Of a stretch of 20,000 bases of DNA, positions 1 to 6,389 are shown in pieces. Origin of the DNA: an uncultured virus (IMG/VR IMGVR_UViG_3300011785_000002) (lineage: Duplodnaviria > Heunggongvirae > Uroviricota > Caudoviricetes); IMG/VR virus record IMGVR_UViG_3300011785_000002, positions 56,343 to 76,342 of that record; one strand, given 5' to 3'. Numbering within the stretch: position 1 is the first letter of the stretch; each line of letters opens with the position of its first letter. The notes under the pieces are model-generated. The model searched no databases, had not been told where the DNA came from, and saw nothing but the letters and a program-made list of their open reading frames with translations. Position numbers and translations under genes: made by a program.

Positions 1-19
1 TAGGGTTTCGCATTGCCAT
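1..19 (-). CDS. 5' end of a gene running off the left edge (MAMRNP...)
   Basis: ATG at 19 preceded by AAGGA SD (28-32), overlapping the stop of the upstream ORF; only 6 codons visible. Confidence 0.6.
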
Positions 20-30
20 GTTTGTTATCC

Positions 31-294
31 TTATGATCCGTATTCTGTTAAAACACCAGTGGAGACTCCTTTTTCATGTCCTTTTTCTAATCCTACACAG
101 AACATTTTAAAAACCGCTAAAGTGGCGCAGCACATATAGTTGCCTGAAGAATCTTTTCGTTTAAAAGACATTTCTTCTTGTAATTCAAAATGATCATACA
201 TAACACGGTCTGCGATTGCTTGTTCAAATAACGTTTGTGCTTCCTCAAGAGAAATGCACGTAACTAACGGTTGATCTTTTAAGTTTCGAATCAT
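31..294 (-). CDS. hypothetical phage protein (87 aa)
   Basis: ORF with GAG-containing SD (AAGAGAG) in the same orientation as all neighbours. Confidence 0.75.
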   Translation of the reverse strand: MIRNLKDQPLVTCISLEEAQTLFEQAIADRVMYDHFELQEEMSFKRKDSSGNYMCCATLAVFKMFCVGLEKGHEKGVSTGVLTEYGS

Positions 295-324
295 GGTTTT
301 ACTCTCTTTAAAAATTTAGGGTGC

Positions 325-353
325 AAAAAAGAGCAACCTATCGGTTACTCTTT
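325..353 (-). terminator. rho-independent terminator
   Basis: minus strand AAAGAGTAACC-GATA-GGTTGCTCTTT followed by a T-run. Confidence 0.75.
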
Positions 354-416
354 CTATCTGGTTTGATTAGCTTCGTTTATTTTTTAAAACTTGTCAACAT
401 GAAATGTCGATTTATA

Positions 417-1151
417 TCATAAAGTTTCTAAATAATTTTTCACTTGCTGGGTTGAATCATAGTGGCTCAGGATACGATCACAATGTTCTTTTGCCCATCG
501 GATCCACTCCAACTGGTAGTGGCAGTCGACTGTTGCATTGTGCGCTTCATCTTCTTTGCCTTTGTCACGGATCTTTGCGTAGTCATTGAACAACCAGTAC
601 ATTTCAGTATTCGCACCCAAAGGTAGTGGGTATTTATACAAGGCATAGAACACATGCTCAAACATGCTCATTACATAAGTTTTCATATCCATCACTTCAC
701 GGTAGTGGAAAGGACTAGGCACCTGATATTCCTGATACAAACCATCCAGGAAGGGATAGTCAAAACCTACCGGCTTTGCCCAGAACTGTGTCTTGACCTG
801 GCCCTTTGACTTGACCCCATTTACTTGATTCAAACACCATTGGTAGGTTTCAAGTAGTGCTTCATTCATGGGTTTAGCAGCATTCACACCTTGAAGAATA
901 TAATTCAAAACATCACGACGTTCAGGTTTTTCCCACCACTCTACCGTAGACGGATTTGGTTTACGCCCTTTTCTGATCTGTTCATTCAACGGAAGAAAAA
1001 TCTCAAACTCGTCCTTTGCCTCAAAAGTTTTTGGGTCAAAAGAAACCAGTGCGAGTTGCAGCACTGGTGTTGTATTTGGGGTAGTTCCTAATGTTTCACA
1101 GTCAAACATAATGGGAACGTATTGTGTATCAAGGCTGCGAATAGTAGTCAT
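417..1151 (-). CDS. DEDDh 3'-5' exonuclease (Rv2179c/ExoVIII-like phage family)
   Basis: Motifs FDCETLGT, FWAKPVGFD, REVMDMKT, AHNATVDC; start reassigned to ATG 1151 (GGAG SD 6 nt upstream), overlapping the end of the resolvase gene. Confidence 0.88.
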   Translation of the reverse strand: MTTIRSLDTQYVPIMFDCETLGTTPNTTPVLQLALVSFDPKTFEAKDEFEIFLPLNEQIRKGRKPNPSTVEWWEKPERRDVLNYILQGVNAAKPMNEALLETYQWCLNQVNGVKSKGQVKTQFWAKPVGFDYPFLDGLYQEYQVPSPFHYREVMDMKTYVMSMFEHVFYALYKYPLPLGANTEMYWLFNDYAKIRDKGKEDEAHNATVDCHYQLEWIRWAKEHCDRILSHYDSTQQVKNYLETL

Positions 1152-1608
1152 AAAGCTCTCCGGTGGTCCATGGGTATTTCTTAATAGTTTCAACGCTGAT
1201 TGATTTTTTACCTGCTTGGAGTGCTTCTAAAATCTCAAACGATGGAACCAAATATAAATTTTCTTTGTCTTTTAAAAATTGAAAGACAATAAAATAAGGG
1301 AGCTTTAAGTTATATGCTCGTTGCATACCTTGAAGCTGCCCTTTCTGGAAAGTTGACTTTATATTAAAACTGGTCTTGGTGGCAAGTGTTTCTTTTGATT
1401 CAATATAAAAAGTATTAGGTAAAAACTTTTCCAAAGCAACATCACGGCCCAGGCTAACAATATGGTCGCAGGGTCTGGTGTCTTCATAATTACCAGTGTC
1501 GTATTTGTCCGGAAGTCGTTGAATATCGACGCTAAGTTTGTAAGCTTTACGAAGCATACGAACCACTTGGTTTTCTGTAGATTTTCCTGAAGGGCGAAGC
1601 ATTGCCAT
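1129..1608 (-). CDS. Holliday junction resolvase, RecU-like PD-(D/E)xK nuclease
   Basis: GKSTE N-terminal helix, PCD...YIESKE motif, GQLQGM, replication-module context; GAGGA SD. Confidence 0.78.
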   Translation of the reverse strand: MAMLRPSGKSTENQVVRMLRKAYKLSVDIQRLPDKYDTGNYEDTRPCDHIVSLGRDVALEKFLPNTFYIESKETLATKTSFNIKSTFQKGQLQGMQRAYNLKLPYFIVFQFLKDKENLYLVPSFEILEALQAGKKSISVETIKKYPWTTGELYDYYSQP

Positions 1609-1621
1609 GTAATCCTCTTAC

Positions 1622-1840
1622 TCAATACAGTCTGTGTTTTTCTGCACGTTTACGTTTTTCATAATCGTCCCGACAATCTATGTCACAGAACAATTGAGTG
1701 TCCTTGTCCAGTACCTCGTCACAATTGTAACATTCGCCGGTAGGTTGTAATCGTGCATTCATTTTTTTCACGTTGCTCATTGCTTGCTGAAAATGCAATT
1801 CAATTGTTTGCTGTTCCAGTTCGTCTTCTTTCTCTGACAT
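1622..1840 (-). CDS. small C4 zinc-finger protein (TraR/DksA-like or DUF2116-like)
   Basis: Acidic N-terminal helix followed by CYNC-x10-FCDIDC, a pattern common in phage small proteins. Confidence 0.75.
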   Translation of the reverse strand: MSEKEDELEQQTIELHFQQAMSNVKKMNARLQPTGECYNCDEVLDKDTQLFCDIDCRDDYEKRKRAEKHRLY

Positions 1841-1859
1841 TTTACTTCTCTGCAGTTAT

Positions 1860-1885
1860 AAAAAGCCCACGCATGGACACGTGGG
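1860..1885 (-). terminator. rho-independent terminator
   Basis: CCCACGT-GTCCA-TGCGTGGG-CTTTTT on the minus strand. Confidence 0.65.
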
Positions 1886-1914
1886 AAAGTTTGATTATGC
1901 CATGTTTTTGATAA

Positions 1915-1962
1915 AAGAAAAACCTGTCTATATAGACAGGCTGATCCTTACATGGCAATGTT
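1915..1962 (-). ncRNA. candidate ~45-nt antisense small RNA
   Basis: Bounded by a sigma70 promoter (1968-1996) and a terminator hairpin CCTGTCT-ATAT-AGACAGG-TTTTT (1918-1940); 5' end CATTGCCATGTAA is complementary to start-codon regions at 1600-1612 and 11-21. Confidence 0.55.
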
Positions 1963-1967
1963 TGGTT

Positions 1968-1996
1968 AAGTTATCAAGTATTTCCTTTGTTGTCAA
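1968..1996 (-). promoter_or_regulatory. sigma70-type promoter
   Basis: TTGACA (1991-1996), 17-bp spacer ending in TGA, then TAACTT (1968-1973). Confidence 0.7.
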
Positions 1997-1997
1997 A

Positions 1998-4559
1998 CTA
2001 AGCTGCTTTTCTTTCAGTCAAATAGTTCAAAATAAGATCCCTTTCCTCACTACTCGCTCGTTCTTCCCAACGTTCTTTAGGAATACACGGAACACCTTTC
2101 TGAATCTCATGCAATTCAATTTGTCCATAAGGAGCCTGAACAGGGTCGAATGGTTGGAAGGTGTAACCGACGGCTACTGAACTATCGATTTTCACGTTCG
2201 GGAACAGGTCACTGTCCTGAATCATTTCGTTATACAGGAAATCACAAAATGCTGCAACTTCTTGTTTTTTAACGGAAAATAATAATTCATCATGAATAAG
2301 GAGCATGAAACGTGCACTAAACCCTTGTTCCTGAGCATTATTCACAGTACGGATAATGGTTCGTTTCGCCAAAGCAGCACACATCCCTTGGATTGAGAAG
2401 TTCACAGCCTGGTTCAAAGAACGACGATGAATACGACGCATTGCTTCACGTGCAAAGCTCATGATTGCGTCTGACTCATAAGACATAAATACCTCTGTCA
2501 TCAAATCCGACCATTCCTGGGTTGCTTCAAAACGTACCCGAGTGTGATGGTCACCAAGCTTGATAAACCCACGGTTTTTGACCTGTTCCTGGACACCTAA
2601 ACGCCAGGATTCCGCAACTGGGAATTCACTTGTGTAGCCTTTTACAGCTTCTGCAGTACGGTCCATATTCCAGCCCATTTCGTCAGCGATTGTACCTAAC
2701 CAACCAGAATACCAATAACCGAAGTTTGCCACTTTACCCAGCACAGTACGGTAGAATTTTTTATCTGGCAATTCAGAAAATTCTTCAACGGACATACCCA
2801 AGATACCGGCAGCTGCCTTACTATGTAAATCTTTATGCGGTCGTTGCGAATAGGCTGCCAACATTGCCGGATCCTGGCTGTTTGCTGCCACACCTACCAA
2901 TTCAATAGCAGACCAATCGGCTGAAACAATAACACTATCCTCGTCATCCGCCAGGAAGAAGCCACGGACGAAGACCGAATCACCACGCTTGGCCAACTGT
3001 TGTCCGTTTGGTGACGAACAACTGGTTCGACGTGTCGCCAGCATGGACGTCATTTGTGGGTGCATCAACCCTGTTTCTGGATCTACCAAACATAGGTATG
3101 GCGTGATATACAGCTTGAACGCTTGTTCTGCAGAAGCAATTTTCGCGTAAGCTTCCAATAACGGATGCCCTTCCTCAAACTCTGCCAACATCGCTGCCCG
3201 GGCATCTTTATCCGACTGGATCTTGCCACCGGTTGCTTTGCAAGGTAAATCAAAAATCACAAACATTACATAGCGCATGGCCATGTAGTGGTTAATTGAT
3301 AACTGAGCACTTGGTTTAGCGTTCATACCTAGACGGTCTTCAATCCATGCGTTGCTTGGGGCACACTTCACCTGTGTAGCGATTGAATAGCTATCCAGAT
3401 TATCTGGTGATTCAATCCACTGCTTAAATAGACGATAGTATTTTTCATGAGAAGCTGGTTTATACCATTTCTCGTACTTTAATAACTTTTCGTGCATTGG
3501 AGGCATTTCATCTGGGAAATGTTCCCGGACTGCTTTTTTAAGATCCAGCAAGGATTCCGTAAAGGACTCACGCATCGTATCACGACGCATTAAAATTTCC
3601 TTTCGGTTGACTCGCATACCGCCAATGGTGGTTTCAGCAAAGATCCGGGTGATTGGATTCTCTGTTGATAAATAGGTGCCAATCACATCTGGATTTACTT
3701 GCTGTAAGTATTGGTAGACACGGAAGAATAAACGATAGGCCCAAATAGCATCGTCGGCACCATATTCCAGCACTTGTGCAGCTGTTAATGCTTCCATGTC
3801 ACATTCATCACCAAGCGTGTCTTTAAACTCAGCCATTTGGTAACCGAACCAGGATTTGACTGCTTTCTTTAAACCATAACCGTATGAAATATCTTTCACG
3901 ATCCCTTCATAGGAATGTGTCGCTTTCCCAGACTTTGCACAGAACTTGCCTAAGACTTCTTCCTGTTTAAAGGTGAGTTTACCTTGCTCATAATTTGAAA
4001 ACTCACGTTCAATTTCCGGAATCAGTGGTTTAATTCCGCGAAGGACCGCAGCCTGTAAATTATTCTTGTGATATTCATCTGGATTATACGCAGTCACACA
4101 TAGCTGCATAGAACACAAAGTATTCGGCAACACCTGATCGTAACTACCACGATGCACACAATATTCATAAGGTACGTTATGAATGATCAACGTATCGTTA
4201 TGTCGCTTGGCTGTTTCCATCCATTTAAGCAGGTAGGAAATATCAATGGTGTTTTGTGTGTCGGCATGGCCGAAGTTAATGTAGAAAGCTTTATCAGGAT
4301 GTGTTTTACCGAAGTAAAAAGATGCACCTGTAATTTTGGTGCGTTTGAAATCAAACAATAACTTTTTACCATGGGAGAAGCCTTCATCGTCCACCTTCAT
4401 CAATTTCTTGATGCCTTCGTGAGCGTCTCTTTGTGAGGTCTCTATGTCGTAACCTATTAAATTGTTTGGTGTTTTTACTTGTTCCATGAAAAAAACATCC
4501 CAATCCTGTATGTTATTTCGGTCAACAAGTATGTTCTGCACCGGTGCGTGGTAGTCCAA
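1998..4559 (-). CDS. DNA polymerase family A with N-terminal 3'-5' exonuclease domain
   Basis: ExoI YDIET, ExoII HNVPYE, ExoIII YGADDA; TRRTSCSSPNGQQ; motif A DWSAIEL, motif B R..GKVANFGYWY, motif C IHDEL. Start set to TTG 4559, 7 nt after AAGGAG, rather than 4607. Confidence 0.96.
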   Translation of the reverse strand: MDYHAPVQNILVDRNNIQDWDVFFMEQVKTPNNLIGYDIETSQRDAHEGIKKLMKVDDEGFSHGKKLLFDFKRTKITGASFYFGKTHPDKAFYINFGHADTQNTIDISYLLKWMETAKRHNDTLIIHNVPYEYCVHRGSYDQVLPNTLCSMQLCVTAYNPDEYHKNNLQAAVLRGIKPLIPEIEREFSNYEQGKLTFKQEEVLGKFCAKSGKATHSYEGIVKDISYGYGLKKAVKSWFGYQMAEFKDTLGDECDMEALTAAQVLEYGADDAIWAYRLFFRVYQYLQQVNPDVIGTYLSTENPITRIFAETTIGGMRVNRKEILMRRDTMRESFTESLLDLKKAVREHFPDEMPPMHEKLLKYEKWYKPASHEKYYRLFKQWIESPDNLDSYSIATQVKCAPSNAWIEDRLGMNAKPSAQLSINHYMAMRYVMFVIFDLPCKATGGKIQSDKDARAAMLAEFEEGHPLLEAYAKIASAEQAFKLYITPYLCLVDPETGLMHPQMTSMLATRRTSCSSPNGQQLAKRGDSVFVRGFFLADDEDSVIVSADWSAIELVGVAANSQDPAMLAAYSQRPHKDLHSKAAAGILGMSVEEFSELPDKKFYRTVLGKVANFGYWYSGWLGTIADEMGWNMDRTAEAVKGYTSEFPVAESWRLGVQEQVKNRGFIKLGDHHTRVRFEATQEWSDLMTEVFMSYESDAIMSFAREAMRRIHRRSLNQAVNFSIQGMCAALAKRTIIRTVNNAQEQGFSARFMLLIHDELLFSVKKQEVAAFCDFLYNEMIQDSDLFPNVKIDSSVAVGYTFQPFDPVQAPYGQIELHEIQKGVPCIPKERWEERASSEERDLILNYLTERKAA

Positions 4560-4630
4560 TTCATAACTCCTTAAGTTATTTTTGGTATAGAAAAAGGACA
4601 GTAGCAATTGCCCTGTCCGTTGTTACATCT

Positions 4631-4660
4631 AAGATAGTTCATTTGTCACTTGAAAGTCAA
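4631..4660 (-). promoter_or_regulatory. sigma70-like promoter for DNA polymerase
   Basis: TTGACT-18 bp-TATCTT directly after the terminator at 4662-4684. Confidence 0.55.
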
Positions 4661-4661
4661 C

Positions 4662-4684
4662 AAAAAACCCAACTGGAATTGGGT
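4662..4684 (-). terminator. rho-independent terminator
   Basis: ACCCAAT-TCC-AGTTGGGT-TTTTT on the minus strand. Confidence 0.75.
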
Positions 4685-4990
4685 CGTTTGTCGTTTCTTT
4701 CAGTTTTCTGGAAAACTATCCAGTTTTGATTAAGCAGTGAGAATTACTTAATCACAATTAAGGTCCGTTTTGCTGTCTCCACATTAGCAAAATAAAGGAT
4801 GATCCAGTCCCGGACGATTAATTAAACCTAACATATTTTACTTTTAAAGTTAAACAACACACCATCGAAGAAGCTTAACTGGTCTTACCTGACTCTATGC
4901 GATGACCCATGTTTTTCTCGCGCTTTTTGGATCTAAGGAGAAGCGAGAAGTAAGACCTTTTAGATATGAATGGCTAACATCCTGAGAGTA
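4685..4990 (-). ncRNA. candidate structured ncRNA / structured 3' region (ncRNA-3)
   Basis: ~300 nt without a credible ORF, with nested helices 4727-4736/4745-4754, 4756-4767/4811-4823, 4768-4774/4786-4792, 4881-4888/4950-4957, 4915-4920/4944-4949. Confidence 0.5.
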
Positions 4991-4998
4991 ATCTACTA

Positions 4999-5421
4999 TT
5001 ATTCTTTAAGTTTATCAATCTCTTTGTTCATACTTTCACGGATTTCATCCAGGTATTTTTGGTGTTCTTCAAAATCAAAACCCACACCTTCCAAATGCTG
5101 CCAAACATTTTCAGCGTGAGTTTTGTAGTGTTGGGCTTTTTCTAAACCTTCCGATGGTACTTTACCCATCATGGCCAACATAAAAATATCGCTTGCAAAC
5201 AGGCTTTCTTCTAACACATCAACTGAAGACATATTTATCTGTCCGTCCAGGATCACTTCCATGCTTTCTATTTTGGCTTGATTGTTTGGTAGCAAACCCA
5301 TTGTTGCAGTAAACATAGTCAGAACCGGTTGGGTTCCTTGCTGTTTGAAAAGCATATTGGTTTGCAGAATATTCATTGCACGTTCTGCAGCTGACATAAG
5401 CGGTGCTAGTGTTTTAGCCAT
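4999..5421 (-). CDS. hypothetical protein (140 aa)
   Basis: ORF with AAGGA SD, natural helical composition. Confidence 0.8.
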   Translation of the reverse strand: MAKTLAPLMSAAERAMNILQTNMLFKQQGTQPVLTMFTATMGLLPNNQAKIESMEVILDGQINMSSVDVLEESLFASDIFMLAMMGKVPSEGLEKAQHYKTHAENVWQHLEGVGFDFEEHQKYLDEIRESMNKEIDKLKE

Positions 5422-5442
5422 TGGTAGGTTCCTTGTGTTATG

Positions 5443-5466
5443 AAAAACCCCAGACAGTGTCCGGGG
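5443..5466 (-). terminator. rho-independent terminator after the tRNAs
   Basis: CCCCGGAC-ACT-GTCTGGGG-TTTTT. Confidence 0.75.
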
Positions 5467-5491
5467 TTGGGTTTATTTTCGTGGAATAAAC

Positions 5492-5567
5492 TGGTGCTCA
5501 AAGTAGGACTCAAACCTACGACCTGATGCTTACAAGGCAACTGCTCTATCAACTGAGCTATTCGAGC
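5492..5567 (-). tRNA. tRNA-Thr(UGU)
   Basis: Cloverleaf: acceptor GCTCGAA/TTTGAGC, D stem GCTC/GAGC, anticodon loop CTTGTAA, T arm GTAGG-TTTGAGT-CCTAC, encoded ACCA. Confidence 0.95.
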
Positions 5568-5572
5568 TAAAA

Positions 5573-5648
5573 TGGCTGCCTCAACACGGTTCGAACGTGT
5601 GACCAACGGATTAACAGTCCGGTGCTCTACCAACTGAGCTATGAAGCA
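5573..5648 (-). tRNA. tRNA-Asn(GUU)
   Basis: Cloverleaf: acceptor TGCTTCA/TGAGGCA, anticodon loop CTGTTAA, T arm ACACG-TTCGAAC-CGTGT, encoded GCCA. Confidence 0.96.
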
Positions 5649-5658
5649 ATAAACTTTG

Positions 5659-5865
5659 ATTTACTTAAAGGTACGTTCTCCGATTGGTTGACTAGACCAG
5701 TCTAGGTTTTCGCAACAGTGATAATTAGTCACCCTTACTTTGGGTACAAACCTTTGAAAATGCCCTCATTCAGTAGTGCTTACTTCCTAGCTTCATTGGG
5801 AGATTAATCCCTCCACTATTACCTACACACCTTCTGGTTCGTCGAGAACGCACCTTTAAGTAAAT
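5659..5865 (-). ncRNA. candidate structured ncRNA (ncRNA-2, ~207 nt) closed by a 22-bp terminal stem
   Basis: Inverted repeat 5659-5680/5844-5865 (21/22 identical; the difference is a G-U pair on the minus strand) enclosing several short hairpins; no ORF. Confidence 0.7.
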
Positions 5866-6222
5866 TGGACATAGAATGTGATTAAGATTCCTTCTGGATC
5901 CACTACAGTATCCAAAGCCTTGTCCAAGGCTAGTCAGCGGAAGTTAATGTAGTTGCTTACATTACCTGGGTCTGTGTCCGTGACAGTGATTAAGTCACCA
6001 GCTACCTTTTAACGTCAATTAGGCTACCGACAGGATTTCATTTTAGGCTACTTTACTGCTTTATTAGTACAGTATTCAGCTCCTAAAACTACTCAGCCTT
6101 TTTAAGAAGAACTTAATCTTCTTAGTCCAACAAGGATTGACTTAGTCTGACGTAAGATTGAAACCTTGCTGGCTAAGAAAATCAAAACACCAACCTTGCG
6201 GTTAGTGCTTCGTTCTCTATGT
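5866..6222 (-). ncRNA. candidate large structured ncRNA (ncRNA-1, ~357 nt)
   Basis: Starts at the predicted TSS; 5' ACATAGA pairs with 3' TCTATGT followed by CCA; GCAA-tetraloop hairpin; several long helices with minus-strand G-U pairs; no ORF. Confidence 0.72.
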
Positions 6223-6227
6223 GGTTG

Positions 6228-6257
6228 ACTATACAGATGTTCATGTGATCTCGTCAA
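6228..6257 (-). promoter_or_regulatory. sigma70-like promoter for the ncRNA/tRNA operon
   Basis: TTGACG (6252-6257)-18 bp-TATAGT (6228-6233). Confidence 0.65.
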
Positions 6258-6360
6258 CATCATTTTTCTGGTCTTTTTTACGCTTATGTTTGTCTATAAG
6301 ACGAATACCTATGTAAAACAAAGCCTTAACTATATCTACAGCAAGTTCTCGTTTGTTCAT
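6241..6360 (-). CDS. 39-aa cationic amphipathic peptide, putative lysis accessory
   Basis: Read manually: AGGAAGGA SD, then MNKRELAVDIVKALFYIGIRLIDKHKRKKDQKNDVDEIT*; directly after the endolysin; below the ORF-track length cut-off. Confidence 0.7.
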   Translation of the reverse strand: MNKRELAVDIVKALFYIGIRLIDKHKRKKDQKNDVDEIT

Positions 6361-6389
6361 TTTTTATCCTTCCTATTTTTCTGTAACAA

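Noticed and set aside
392..397. TTGACA -35 box on the minus strand
   Set aside because: No acceptable -10 at 16-18 bp spacing
4475..4564. Short out-of-frame ATG ORF at the polymerase start suggesting a frameshift at the T-run
   Set aside because: The ATG is only 2 nt from the SD, whereas an in-frame TTG is optimally spaced; no frameshift is needed
5406..5633. 75-aa ORF in the ORF track
   Set aside because: Overlies two well-formed tRNA genes and a terminator; spurious
5659..5865. Retron msr-msd or MITE/IS remnant
   Set aside because: No reverse transcriptase or transposase in the window and no target-site duplication; the G-U-compatible deviation favours an RNA helix
5866..6222. tmRNA, RNase P RNA or group I intron identity for the large RNA
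   Set aside because: No T-arm, no Ala acceptor with G3-U70 and no tag ORF; no GAGGAAAGTCC RNase P core; no flanking exons or recognisable intron core elements by eye
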